From Thermofilaceae archaeon (lineage in GTDB: Archaea; Thermoproteota; Thermoprotei; Thermofilales; Thermofilaceae), in assembly GCA_038727095.1 (NCBI GenBank), contig JAVYWK010000009.1, positions 1 to 64,000 of the forward strand: a DNA stretch of 64,000 nucleotides, read 5' to 3'. Position 1 is the first letter of the stretch, and each line of letters starts with the position of its first letter. This document shows, in pieces, positions 18,701 to 29,012 of the stretch. A program made the position numbers and the translations under genes. Below the pieces are notes generated by a model. That model worked only from the letters and a program-made list of their open reading frames with translations. It was not told the DNA's origin and searched no databases.

Positions 18701-20258
18701 CTGGTAGTAGACCTTTCAATTCATTCCTTGTTGATACTGTACGATCGCAGCAGGATCGTTGCGATCAAGAAGACTTTCAATTCATTCCTTGTTGATACCA
18801 TATTCCTTCACCATACAATTCTTCCTGCGATTAAATCTTTCAATTCATTCCTTGTTGATACGATACCGTACGATTTGGCGACAGTCGAAGCCTACCGGCC
18901 TTTCAATTCATTCCTTGTTGATACGTTTACGCAGCTGCGGTGAACGTAATGCTTATTGCCCTTTCAATTCATTCCTTGTTGATACGGACATTTCGTCCCC
19001 GCTAGAATAGGTTCTAATATAGCTAATCTTTCAATTCATTCCTTGTTGATACACAATACAACTCCCGACTGCGACATTATAACAAACATCTTTCAATTCA
19101 TTCCTTGTTGATACATGGAGGCGAAGAGCTGATATGAGCGCCAGGAGAGTCCCTTTCAATTCATTCCTTGTTGATACCTAAGAGCGGGGAGACGGGGAGG
19201 GTCGAGTTCGAGGACACCTTTCAATTCATTCCTTGTTGATACCGACGTACAGCGACGTCGAGCAACGGCTGCAGGACAACTTTCAATTCATTCCTTGTTG
19301 ATACGTTTAACCGATTATACGTTTTATAGTGCGATACTCAGCTTTCAATTCATTCCTTGTTGATACACAAGCTTCTAAGGCCCATGAGATGCTGAAAAAA
19401 CTCTTTCAATTCATTCCTTGTTGATACTAAATAATTTCCATCTTTGAGACTGGCAGTCTTTAACTCTTTCAATTCATTCCTTGTTGATACGGCAATCGGT
19501 GAGCCGCGGTACCTGGTTGTGAGGGGGGTCTTTCAATTCATTCCTTGTTGATACGCCCTACGGCTCGCCCTGGAGAGCCACGACGGCTTCCACTTTCAAT
19601 TCATTCCTTGTTGATACCTTAATCACTCCCTCTTTTATTTCTACTTTTTCTTTCACCTTTCAATTCATTCCTTGTTGATACCCTCTATGAATAATAGGAA
19701 AGTGCCGAAAACTATCACTTTCAATTCATTCCTTGTTGATACACCTGCCCGGCGGCACATCCACCACCACGTCATCCCGATCAACTTTCAATTCATTCCT
19801 TGTTGATACCTGGCCCGGGAGATCCAGACACCGCAGTTTGTGCACTCTTTCAATTCATTCCTTGTTGATACGCGGGGAGGAGCGGGGGTGCCGGCTGGTG
19901 GGCCCCAGACCTCTTTCAATTCATTCCTTGTTGATACTAAAGCGGTACAATTTGCTATTCTTTCGGATAACTTTATCTTTCAATTCATTCCTTGTTGATA
20001 CTGATCGGCAAGCGCGTCAACATCATTCTGCGCAACTACTTTCAATTCATTCCTTGTTGATACTTGACACAGTCGTAGACGCGATTGATTCCACATTAAG
20101 TGTTAACTTTCAATTCATTCCTTGTTGATACGCATAGTGTCAAAGATTGATGCTGTGTTGCAAACATCTTTCAATTCATTCCTTGTTGATACAAAAGAAA
20201 AATTTCAAAAGGAGTTAGAGAAATACGAAAAGCCTTTCAATTCATTCCTTGTTGATAC
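15721..20258 (-). CRISPR. CRISPR array 1, ~72 repeats GTATCAACAAGGAATGAATTGAAAG (family A)
   Basis: 25-bp ctttcaattcattccttgttgatac repeated with 36-45 nt spacers; orientation from the GAAAG 3' end and the leader at right. Confidence 0.99.
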
Positions 20259-20385
20259 CGTTGTCCCGCGTGTTTTCCTCGGGTGCTTTCTCCCTCAGGT
20301 TTGGCTCCTCGGGCTGGGTGTTAAGTTTTTCCTTGGGGAGTTGGGTTGCTCAACTCCCTCCACTCGGGGCTGCTCCACGCGCTGG
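20259..20385 (-). promoter_or_regulatory. Leader of array 1
   Basis: Reverse complement aligns with the array 2 leader (agcgcgtggag...caactccccaaggaaaaacttaa...ggaaaacacgcggg). Confidence 0.85.
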
Positions 20386-20442
20386 TGGTGGCTGCTTGAG
20401 TATTTTAGCGGTTAGTGTTTATTACCGCGCGCTTTTCTTCTC

Positions 20443-21402
20443 TTGATGGGTGCCTCGGTCACGGTGGTTCGGCTGCTGCTCAAGGCTGTGTCCGGTGGTG
20501 GGTTGCCCTGGTTTGTGGGTCACGAGTGCAGGGCTGGCTTCCTCAGGATGGTTTCGGAGCTGGACTCGGAGTTGGCGGCGCAGCTTCACGAGGGGGGTGG
20601 TGGGGCTGGGGGGAGGAGGAGGGCTGTCTTCTCGCTGAGGCCGCTCTCCTTCCTTTCGGGCTTCGAGCTGGTCTACCCGGATAGGGCTTTCTCGAGGTTC
20701 CCAGTTGATGGGAACGTGGTGTTCGGGCCGGGCGCGAGGGCGGTGATGAGCGTGTCGATCCTGAGGGAGGACTTGGCGGGTAGGTTCGTCGTACTGCTGC
20801 TGCCGAGGGTTCACGAGCTGAAGTTGGAGGTGAAGGGGTGCTTGTTCGAGGTGGAGCGGTTCGAGATCGAGGTTCTGGACGCGCGCAGCCTGGTCGAGAG
20901 GGGGGAGCCGTTCGAGGAGCTTGACGTCAGGTTCGAGACTCCGACTTACTTCAACCCGCTGCGCGGCAGTGCCAGGTACAAGGTGCTCTACCCTGACCCC
21001 GCGCACCTAATGGCCTCGCTCGTCGCGACGGCGCACCAGTTGACGGGTGCCAGCTACCCGAAGCCCGAGGAGCTGGCGGAGCAGGTCTACGTCAGCGGGC
21101 TGGACATCAAGACGCCCTACGTCAGGGAGGTGCGGCACCAGGCGCCCACTGGCTTTGTCGGCTGGGTCAAGCTGAAGGCGAGAGAGGAGGCCTGCGGGGA
21201 CGCGAGGAGGGGCATCGCGGGCCTGCTGAGGCTCGGGGAGGTCACCAACGTGGGCGGGAACAGGAGCGGCGGCTACGGAGTGGTGAAGGTGGAAGCATCC
21301 CGCGCGGGCGACCAGCGGAAGCGTAAGGCAGCGCGGAGAACAGGGGTTGCAGCCCAGCCGGCCGAGCAGCGCGCGGAGAACAGCCAATCCGAGCAGAGCT
21401 AG
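20443..21402 (+). CDS. cas6: Cas6 endoribonuclease
   Basis: FSLRPL, FETPTYF, GFVG, G-rich loop GEVTNVGGNRSGGYG. Confidence 0.92.
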   Translation: MMGASVTVVRLLLKAVSGGGLPWFVGHECRAGFLRMVSELDSELAAQLHEGGGGAGGRRRAVFSLRPLSFLSGFELVYPDRAFSRFPVDGNVVFGPGARAVMSVSILREDLAGRFVVLLLPRVHELKLEVKGCLFEVERFEIEVLDARSLVERGEPFEELDVRFETPTYFNPLRGSARYKVLYPDPAHLMASLVATAHQLTGASYPKPEELAEQVYVSGLDIKTPYVREVRHQAPTGFVGWVKLKAREEACGDARRGIAGLLRLGEVTNVGGNRSGGYGVVKVEASRAGDQRKRKAARRTGVAAQPAEQRAENSQSEQS

Positions 21403-22061
21403 GGCCCCCCTGTGCGAGTCCCAGGACCGGGGCTGCTTCCGGCCCGGATTGTGTGGAGCCGCTTGAGGATGGCGCCGGTTAGGGTGGGCTCGAAGACTCT
21501 ATCGGGCCTCCTGCGCGCCAAGCCCTTGGACACCAGGGATCTTAGGATCCTGGAGACCGTGGGCTTGCTTAGTTTGAGCTCGCGCGCCAGCTCGGAAACT
21601 CTAGCTGGGAGGAGGGCTAAGACCTCCGCCTGTCTACTGCTCAGCGCGCGTCTGGGTATCACCGGTACGGGGATTTCTATCCTCTCGCCGGTGGTCTCGG
21701 TGGTCATGTAGACGACTGTGACGCCGGAGAAGCAGGCGGCCAGGAAGAGGGAGAGGGCAATTATCCTGGGACCTCCGCTCGCGTCGACGATCGGGTTCTC
21801 GGACTCCTCGATGAGCCGGGCCAGCGCGGCGACGTTTTCGATGAGGTTCTTCTCATCGAGCCTCAAGACCTCCACCTTGACCTTAGGGTTGATCTTGCTC
21901 ACGAACTCCCGGATGCTCTGCAGCGCGCTCTCCGCCCTCGGGTGGGGGGTGGAGGACGTGATGATCCAAAGGCTGTCGCCGTCGGATAAACCCCTTTCGC
22001 CGATCAGCCTGACGATCGTCGACTGGTCAAAGCCGAGGCTGGCTATGAACGTCCTCCCCAT
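21399..22061 (-). CDS. csa3: Csa3 CARF-wHTH transcriptional regulator
   Basis: IASLGFD, DASGGPR, C-terminal VSELARELKLSKPTVSRIL. Confidence 0.92.
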   Translation of the reverse strand: MGRTFIASLGFDQSTIVRLIGERGLSDGDSLWIITSSTPHPRAESALQSIREFVSKINPKVKVEVLRLDEKNLIENVAALARLIEESENPIVDASGGPRIIALSLFLAACFSGVTVVYMTTETTGERIEIPVPVIPRRALSSRQAEVLALLPARVSELARELKLSKPTVSRILRSLVSKGLARRRPDRVFEPTLTGAILKRLHTIRAGSSPGPGTRTGGP

Positions 22062-22259
22062 GGGACTCCTCGAGTACCCGGGGTCGGAAAGTTATAAGGT
22101 TGGCGTGGTAGGTTAGAATGAGTTATGCAACTCTAACACCATCGATCAGGAGTCCCATCCTGGGGCAACCTCGCAGTTGAGCTGTACGGTGCAACTTAAA
22201 CTTAAAACTCGAGAGTAAAAGTATAAATACCTAAAGAATTTGTATTCTAGCGAAGAATT

Positions 22260-22805
22260 ATGAGTGAAGGTAGAGGTGTTTACGAACTGGCTAAAGTTTT
22301 GGCGGTGCTGCTAGTCGAGCAGGGCAGCTACTCATACGTTGATAAGCTCTCCCAAGTCTCCTCTAAGGATCTAGCCCTCTACCACTTGAGGGAAGCCCTC
22401 AGGGACTACCACTCCTTGGCTAGTAGGGGCTTCGAAAAAGAGGAGGTCGGCGAGCTGGCCAAAACCATAAATTTCGAGAAGTTGGAGGGCGAGATCGCTA
22501 GGCTCAAGGAGATTGCGGGCATTACGCAGCTGAGGGAGGAGATCTCCTTCGTTACGGCACAGGCGCTCGCTGAAGCTGGCAGGCTTATCAGCAGAGGAGA
22601 GTACTTACTCGCAAGGAGGGTGCTAGAGTACCTTAAGGCGCAGGACCTACTCAGGGGTGACGAGAAAGAGGTCTCTAAGATCATACGCGGGATGGCCAAG
22701 GCGATAAGCGGGGCGTTAGGGATACCCGAGGAGGATTTGAATAGAATAGCCAGCAACGAGCGGTTGATCAAGTCTCTGATCGAGAGGCTGAGGGGTGAGA
22801 AGTGA
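22260..22805 (+). CDS. csa5: Csa5 (Cas11) small subunit
   Basis: YSYVDKL...LREALR; directly upstream of cas7. Confidence 0.8.
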   Translation: MSEGRGVYELAKVLAVLLVEQGSYSYVDKLSQVSSKDLALYHLREALRDYHSLASRGFEKEEVGELAKTINFEKLEGEIARLKEIAGITQLREEISFVTAQALAEAGRLISRGEYLLARRVLEYLKAQDLLRGDEKEVSKIIRGMAKAISGALGIPEEDLNRIASNERLIKSLIERLRGEK

Positions 22806-23845
22806 TGGTCTACCTGTCGGTTAGAGGTAGGATCTGGCTCCAGGCAGAAGCGATGAACATGGTTGAGAGCGTCGGTAACTACATCAAGCACCGTAGGGTT
22901 CCGGTCATGGTGAGGACCGGCAACAGCTACGTCACGTTCTTCGTCCCAGCGGTGTCGGGAGAAAGCGTGGCACACACCTACCAGGTGCTGCTGGCGGAGG
23001 AGCTCAAGAAGCTCGGTGTGAGGGTGTGCAAGTACTGCGAGAGGGGCATATTTCTGAAGAGCACGAGCGGTGATGTCTACAAGGAGGTGACGGGCAGTGA
23101 TCCCCCTAAACTTGGCTCTTCTGCGAAGGGGGAGGAGATCATGAAAGCCGCGAAGGGTATTGAAGAGATCATCGTTAGGAGCTGCGGAGTGGAGGACATC
23201 GGAGGGTTCCTGTACGCGGAGAACCCAAACGTGAAGAGGACTTCCCACTTCTCGACCGGCTACGTTATCCCAGTCAAGGAGGTGCTGGAGGTGGTGAGCA
23301 TGGAGCCGCAGCTGCACAGCCGATACGCGCTGGGGACCAGGTTCGTGAGAACCGGTGAGGGTGCAGCAGGCCAAATGATCTACTACGTCGAGGTTTCGTC
23401 GGCAGTCTTCAGCTTCGCGTTCGACCTTGACACTAAGTATATCGGGAGGTACACGTTCCACATAGATAACTACGGTAGGCCCATAGTCGATATCCAGGAG
23501 ATAGACCGTAGGGTGCGCGCCTCGCTGGAGGCCTTGAAGAGGCTGCTCATCGAGTTCCCTGTGGGTGCTAAGAGGACGCGGTTCAACCCGGCGGACTTGA
23601 GGTGGGAGTCTATCGCCATAGCGGTTTCGGACGACGTCTGGACAATGCCGTCGAGCTTCGTCGGAGACTACATCCAGAGGGCCGTCGCGAAGAAGAGCAA
23701 GTTCAGCTGCAATACTACAGTGCACGCCTATGCTGAGGGCGGATGCTCAGGCGTCGATAAGTGCTACAGCACTCTCGAAGAGGCCGTGGTCGGCTCCCTG
23801 GAAGACGCGCTCAACAGGTGGGCCAGGGAGGTTCAATCGTCCTAA
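22802..23845 (+). CDS. cas7: Cas7/Csa2 backbone
   Basis: NMVESVGNYIKHR, VPAVSGES, EDIGGFL, VKRTS, HSRY, GAKRTRF. Confidence 0.95.
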   Translation: MMVYLSVRGRIWLQAEAMNMVESVGNYIKHRRVPVMVRTGNSYVTFFVPAVSGESVAHTYQVLLAEELKKLGVRVCKYCERGIFLKSTSGDVYKEVTGSDPPKLGSSAKGEEIMKAAKGIEEIIVRSCGVEDIGGFLYAENPNVKRTSHFSTGYVIPVKEVLEVVSMEPQLHSRYALGTRFVRTGEGAAGQMIYYVEVSSAVFSFAFDLDTKYIGRYTFHIDNYGRPIVDIQEIDRRVRASLEALKRLLIEFPVGAKRTRFNPADLRWESIAIAVSDDVWTMPSSFVGDYIQRAVAKKSKFSCNTTVHAYAEGGCSGVDKCYSTLEEAVVGSLEDALNRWAREVQSS

Positions 23846-23878
23846 TGAAGCGCTCCACCCAGCATATAGGGTGTTTGA

Positions 23879-24664
23879 ATGAAGGGCTTTCTCGCTGACG
23901 TTGAGTTCATCTGGGGCTTCCAGTCGCGTGTGGTAGGAATGTCTAAGAGCTCCCCCTCGTTCCTGCTGCCCCCTCCGACGACCGTATTGGGAGCAATCGC
24001 TGAGGCTTACGCGCGCAGGAAGGGGTTGAGCGAGGGTAGGGCATCCGCTACGATGACTGAGCTGGCCAAGGATCTCCTACTCCTCACGTACAAGCCTCTC
24101 AACGCTGTACCGCTCTCCTACCAGGACCTGAACAGGATTCTGGCTGTTAGAACCTCCGCCGGCGTTAGTTACCCGTCGACCAAGGACCCTTACGGCTCCT
24201 ACGATGCGCCAGCGAGAGGGAAGACCATCCTCTCCACGGTGGACGAGAGGCCTCCCACTCTTAGGATCTTCGCAGTGTTTAAGGATTCGGCGGACGTAGA
24301 GGCAAGCGACCTGTGGAGGGTGAGGAGGATAGGCAGCAAGGAAAGCATGGTCTCCGTCGTAGAGGTTGTCGAAGGGGAACCTGAAGTGATAAGGGGGGGT
24401 GGGGTGGAGACTGACTACCTTCTACCCTTGACGCCCGAGTTAGAGAGGGCGCTGAGCGGGAGAACCGGACTCCTCGAGCTAGAGTTCGTCCCAGTCTATA
24501 GCCTGAGGCAGGGCGAGCCGCCGGCTAAGCTGTACCTGGAGGGCAGGACGGTCAAGCACGTCGTGAGCGTGCCGCCGTTTAGGCGGGGGGTGAGAGTAAG
24601 GCTGCCGCCCGGCTACGTAGGATACAAGATGGGAGAGGAGGTGGCTGTGGGCCATGAGGGTTAA
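23879..24664 (+). CDS. cas5: Cas5 type I-A
   Basis: WGFQSR, PPPTTVLGAIA, RIGSKES. Confidence 0.92.
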   Translation: MKGFLADVEFIWGFQSRVVGMSKSSPSFLLPPPTTVLGAIAEAYARRKGLSEGRASATMTELAKDLLLLTYKPLNAVPLSYQDLNRILAVRTSAGVSYPSTKDPYGSYDAPARGKTILSTVDERPPTLRIFAVFKDSADVEASDLWRVRRIGSKESMVSVVEVVEGEPEVIRGGGVETDYLLPLTPELERALSGRTGLLELEFVPVYSLRQGEPPAKLYLEGRTVKHVVSVPPFRRGVRVRLPPGYVGYKMGEEVAVGHEG

Positions 24665-25781
24665 GGTCCTTACGCCACCTGACGAGACCCTGCTCTCCTC
24701 GATGCTCTACGAGGGTTACCTCAGGATAGTGAGCGAGTGCGGGGAAGAGGCCACTGAGGAGTGTGTGAGTAAAGCTGTCCAGCAGCTCCTCGAGGAGAAG
24801 GAAGTGTACTTCGGTTTTGCTGGCAATGATCTCAAGTACACCTTGAATAAAATTTCAAAGGAGTTCAACGTTGACCAAAGCGAGTTTAGTGGGCTGAAGT
24901 TTCTATTGAAGCTCAAGGTTCAAGATCTGGCAGTTGCGGTAAGGCTAGTAAAGCTGTCCAGTGGGAAGGATGCTGTTCTCGTAGGGACTTCAGGCTTTGA
25001 CGGTACGGCTGGCTACACGTTCCAGATAATGAAAGTGGATAGGTACAAGGGGATTTCGAGCCCCGAGAGCAAGGTTTTCTGGAAGGATGTGACCACCTAC
25101 GCTGACTTGAGCGGAGTCTTCCTGTTCTTCACAGGGCTCGCCTCCTCGTACGTCACGAGGGTTAGAGAAGTCGAGGAGGGGGAGAGCTACTACTTCCTCT
25201 TTTTCGACACAGAGACCTTGCTGAACCGCGTGATCGGGGGCAACCTGAGAAACTGGATTGCCGTTAAAGACGAGCTGCTGAAAAGGATAAAGGAGAGAAT
25301 AGAAAGGTATGGCGGCATAAACGACGAGGCTATAACCCTCACGGTTCTATTCAACACCTACCTCCTGGAAGAGCTTGAGCGCAGCCAGGTAAGGTACGTC
25401 GGGTTCAGACTGGTGAGGGTGAACAGGGAGGGGCAAACCTACAAGGTGTACGTGGATATGCCTCTGCGCGTATACCATGGAAGGAGGATTTACGAGAGCA
25501 TCGGAGAGGATAGAGAGGCTGTCGAGAGGATAAACAGGATAGTTGACACGCTGGTTGAGCCGGCCGCGAGGTTCGTCAGGGGGCGCGACGACGTGGGTGA
25601 CGGGTACCACGCCTTCAAAGCGCTCCGGTACCTATTCATGTACATCACCACCGAGAACCCGCTTTACGTGGGAATGATGCATAGGGAGCTGCACGAGGCT
25701 TACCGGGCGAGGAAGAGTAGAGGGAAGCCAGGCGCGGAGAGGTACCTTGCATGCTTCTTGAAGCCTACGATAGGGTACTAG
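24654..25781 (+). CDS. cas8a: Cas8a large subunit
   Basis: Position between cas5 and cas3'; LTPP, GNDL, QIMKVDRY. Confidence 0.7.
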   Translation: MRVKVLTPPDETLLSSMLYEGYLRIVSECGEEATEECVSKAVQQLLEEKEVYFGFAGNDLKYTLNKISKEFNVDQSEFSGLKFLLKLKVQDLAVAVRLVKLSSGKDAVLVGTSGFDGTAGYTFQIMKVDRYKGISSPESKVFWKDVTTYADLSGVFLFFTGLASSYVTRVREVEEGESYYFLFFDTETLLNRVIGGNLRNWIAVKDELLKRIKERIERYGGINDEAITLTVLFNTYLLEELERSQVRYVGFRLVRVNREGQTYKVYVDMPLRVYHGRRIYESIGEDREAVERINRIVDTLVEPAARFVRGRDDVGDGYHAFKALRYLFMYITTENPLYVGMMHRELHEAYRARKSRGKPGAERYLACFLKPTIGY

Positions 25782-27319
25782 CGTACGTGAGAAGCAGTAA
25801 GGGCGCTGCTGCTAGAAGGCCCCTGCAAGTTAAAGCGTTAGAGAGAATCGAGGGGTCTGGGAGGGATAGCTTCCTGGTGTGCGCTCCCACCGGCTACGGG
25901 AAGAGCCTCATAACGATGAGCATCGCGCTGCATGAGTTCCTCCAGGACTCCAAGGTCATAGCGGCCTACCCGCTCAGAGCCCTCATAGAGGAGCAGGTCT
26001 CCGATATGAAGAAGCTGTTCAGCTTCCACGGTATCTGCAGTGAGTTCGTCGGGGCCAGGCATATGGGTTCACGCGAGTCCCCCTACCTCGTACACCCGGT
26101 TACTCTGACCACGATAGACACCCTCTCCCTCACGGCGTTGGGCTTGTCTCCAGAGGACATAGGCAGGGTGTTCAGGAAGGTGAGCGGTTCGTTGTTCGGC
26201 AGCCTGGGCCACTACCTCTTCTCCTGGTCATCGGTATTCTCGTCCTCCTTCATCATTATGGACGAGATCCACCTGATGTACGACAGCAGCAAGTCCCTCA
26301 GCTTCCTGAGGGCTTTGATGGACATGTGCGAGGATACCGGGGTCAGGACGGTCCTCATGACGGCTACCCTTCCGAGGAAGTTCGAGGGAGTACTGCCCCG
26401 CGGCAAGGTGGAGAGGTTGGGGTTCAGCAGGGACGACGACCCAGAGTTTTACGGGGAGCGCAGTTCCAAGAAGTACAGAGTAGAGCTACTATACCTCAAA
26501 AGCGGGGAGAAGCTCTCCAGGATAAGAGAAGTGCTCGCGAAGAGCGACTTCAGGAGGGCCCTCGTCGTCTTCAACACTGTCGAGGATGCCGTAAGCTTCT
26601 ACAAGCTGCTCGAGGGGAGGAAGGTTCTCCTGCACTCCCGCTTCACCGAGGAGGATAAGAGAGACAAGCTGCGCAGGCTCAAGGAGCTTCAGGATCTCGG
26701 CGAGAAGCACGTGGTCGTCGGCACCCAAGCCATAGAGGCTGGCGTAAACATCTCCTCGGACTTGATAGTGACAGAGGTCGCTCCACCCATCTCACTGGTC
26801 CAGAGGTTCGGAAGGTTCCTGCGCTACGCTGAGAAGAGTGGGAGGGCTTTCGTGTGGGTTGAAGAGGACTCGCTGGACAGCGAGAGTGAGGTCTACAAGG
26901 TGTACAACAAGGAGCTGGTGAAGAGGACCCTGGACTACCTGAACAGCAACAGCGACGTAAACCTGCACATCTCCTACGACGACTTCATGGATAAGGTGTA
27001 CCTCGAAGAGCCGCGTGTGGATTATGACATAATCAGAAAAATGAGGGTGATTCTCACGGATCTCACCCGGCCTTCAACGTCTGCGCTGAAGCTCTTCATA
27101 AGGCTTGAGGGGAGCTTCGTGAGGGAGGGCAGCCTCTTCACTGTAGTCAGCGAGAACGGGTACGAGGTAAACGTAAGCTTCGAGTACCTGTACAGGCAGA
27201 AAAGGATGGGACTCTGCGATGACTGCCCTGAGGACGTTTATGAGGCGCTCATTGACTCGCTGGCTGGCAGGAGGTTTCACGTCCACGTCGGCTACGATAG
27301 GGAGGTGGGCCTCACTTGA
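25751..27319 (+). CDS. cas3: Cas3' SF2 helicase
   Basis: APTGYGKS, DEIH, TAT, HSRF, TQAIEAGV, QRFGR. Confidence 0.95.
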   Translation: MLLEAYDRVLAYVRSSKGAAARRPLQVKALERIEGSGRDSFLVCAPTGYGKSLITMSIALHEFLQDSKVIAAYPLRALIEEQVSDMKKLFSFHGICSEFVGARHMGSRESPYLVHPVTLTTIDTLSLTALGLSPEDIGRVFRKVSGSLFGSLGHYLFSWSSVFSSSFIIMDEIHLMYDSSKSLSFLRALMDMCEDTGVRTVLMTATLPRKFEGVLPRGKVERLGFSRDDDPEFYGERSSKKYRVELLYLKSGEKLSRIREVLAKSDFRRALVVFNTVEDAVSFYKLLEGRKVLLHSRFTEEDKRDKLRRLKELQDLGEKHVVVGTQAIEAGVNISSDLIVTEVAPPISLVQRFGRFLRYAEKSGRAFVWVEEDSLDSESEVYKVYNKELVKRTLDYLNSNSDVNLHISYDDFMDKVYLEEPRVDYDIIRKMRVILTDLTRPSTSALKLFIRLEGSFVREGSLFTVVSENGYEVNVSFEYLYRQKRMGLCDDCPEDVYEALIDSLAGRRFHVHVGYDREVGLT

Positions 27320-28077
27320 CTGTCGTGTACAGCTTCTACAGGGTGGTCGACGGCTCGCTGATAGTTGAGAGGCTTAAAGATCACGTGGAGCGCGCGCTGG
27401 AGGTCTTCGACGAGGACAGTAGGCTGGTGCGCTACGGGCGCCGCTTCCACCAGTCGTTCCTCGAGCTCCTCAGGTACGCGATCGTCCTCCACGACTTCGG
27501 TAAAGTCCCCTTTAACCTGGCAGGTCGACCTACCACCTTCGATGGACACGAAGTACTGTCAGCGTGGTTCGCCAACGAGTACTTGAGGCAGGTGGAGTGG
27601 AGCGGCGCAATAGAGCCGATTGATAGGGAAATCGTGGTCCTTGCAGTCCTCCTGCATCACCACCCAATGGACTTACGGGAGCGGGCCAAGAAACTCGTGG
27701 AGAGGGGCCTTTGCATCGATAGGGAGGCCGTCAAGATCTTCTACGAGGAGCTCAGAGGAATGCTCGACCCCCACGAAATTCCTTTGGAGAAGCCGGTGTG
27801 CGCCAAAGAAGCGATCCAAGAAGTGCTCGGCTCCACCGTGCACATTGGGCTCTTCGGTGAAAGCTGGACAGATGTCTGGATGAACGGGGGACCAGCCGTC
27901 AGGAAGGCCTTCCTGCTTCTAGCTCAGGGGGTGGTAGCCGCCGATTACAGGTCAGCCAGTCTGGGCAGGCGTGGGGAGTCCACGAAGTTCTTGGAGGCGG
28001 TGCAGGTCTTCCTGAGGCACTACGGCTCCGCGTCTGTGCGCACACCTGAGCCGGGTGCCGGTGGGGTGCGCTCTTGA
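27316..28077 (+). CDS. cas3'': Cas3'' HD nuclease
   Basis: LKDH, LHDFGK, HEVLS, LHHH, AADY. Confidence 0.93.
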   Translation: MTVVYSFYRVVDGSLIVERLKDHVERALEVFDEDSRLVRYGRRFHQSFLELLRYAIVLHDFGKVPFNLAGRPTTFDGHEVLSAWFANEYLRQVEWSGAIEPIDREIVVLAVLLHHHPMDLRERAKKLVERGLCIDREAVKIFYEELRGMLDPHEIPLEKPVCAKEAIQEVLGSTVHIGLFGESWTDVWMNGGPAVRKAFLLLAQGVVAADYRSASLGRRGESTKFLEAVQVFLRHYGSASVRTPEPGAGGVRS

Positions 28078-28367
28078 TGGAGTACGTGGCCTTGGTCATC
28101 TACGACATCAGGGACGATAAGCTGAGGCTGGAGGTGGCGAGGTTTCTCAAGAGGACTGGGCTCACGAGGATTCAGAAGAGCGCCTTCGCAGGGCTCGTGA
28201 AGCCCTCCGACAGGGCTAACATAGAGGCTGGCATCAGGAGGGTGACCAGGGGTTGGAGCAACTACAACGTGCAGATCTACTTCATCACGCCCGCAGCCTA
28301 TTCCCAGAGGATCGTGATGTCCGAGGGCTACTCGCTGGAGGAGGAGGAGGATGAGTTCCTCATTTAG
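28074..28367 (+). CDS. cas2: Cas2
   Basis: VIYDIRDD, RIQKSAF. Confidence 0.95.
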   Translation: MMEYVALVIYDIRDDKLRLEVARFLKRTGLTRIQKSAFAGLVKPSDRANIEAGIRRVTRGWSNYNVQIYFITPAAYSQRIVMSEGYSLEEEEDEFLI

Positions 28368-28974
28368 CCGGCCTTTCCTCCTTCAAGCTGCTGTAGGGGC
28401 AAGCCCTCAGGAAGTTGCAGGAGGAGCACTTGCCCAGCGAGGGCTTCGGCTCCCTTCGCCCCTCAGCTATCTCCCTGATCCTTTCGAGGGCTTTGAGAAC
28501 CTCGAGCTTGAGGCTGTAGTCGATATTTACCCTGACCAGCCTACCCTGGGGCCTCAGGTAGTAGATGTAACCCGTCTTGACCGAGTACCTCTCCCCCGGG
28601 TACGTCCTCTCGAGGAGCAGGGCGTAGGCGGCCATCTGGAGCGCGTGATCCCTCTTAGCCGCCCCGTGCCTGCCGGGCTCAGCCCATTTCACCTCAACCG
28701 GTATCAGCTCCCCGTGCTTGGAGATTATCACGTAGTCCGGGCTGCCGCAAAGCTTGAGCTCCCTAGAGCACAGGAGGGGCTTCTTGATGATGAAGCTCGC
28801 CTTAAGCTTGGCAGCTATGAAGCCAAGGTTCTTCTCCTTCTCTATCTCCCTGCCGTACTCCATGTACTCCGTCGCTTGCTCTCCGAGCCCGAGGAAGCGC
28901 TCTATGTACACGATCGCTTCGCAGTATGCGTAGTGCTTCACGTCCGTTACCGTTATGTAACCTTCCTCCGCCAC
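28360..28974 (-). CDS. cas4: Cas4
   Basis: YAYC, GSPD, PVEVK, QMAAYA, CSSCNFLRAC. Confidence 0.95.
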   Translation of the reverse strand: MAEEGYITVTDVKHYAYCEAIVYIERFLGLGEQATEYMEYGREIEKEKNLGFIAAKLKASFIIKKPLLCSRELKLCGSPDYVIISKHGELIPVEVKWAEPGRHGAAKRDHALQMAAYALLLERTYPGERYSVKTGYIYYLRPQGRLVRVNIDYSLKLEVLKALERIREIAEGRREPKPSLGKCSSCNFLRACPYSSLKEERPAK

Positions 28975-29012
28975 GCACCTTCATATACATGTGGGCCTCC
29001 TGTTATTAGGGT

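Noticed and set aside
15736-20415. Small ORFs with FNSFLVDT or LSIHSLLI repeats (also 31078-33668)
   Set aside because: Translations of CRISPR repeats.
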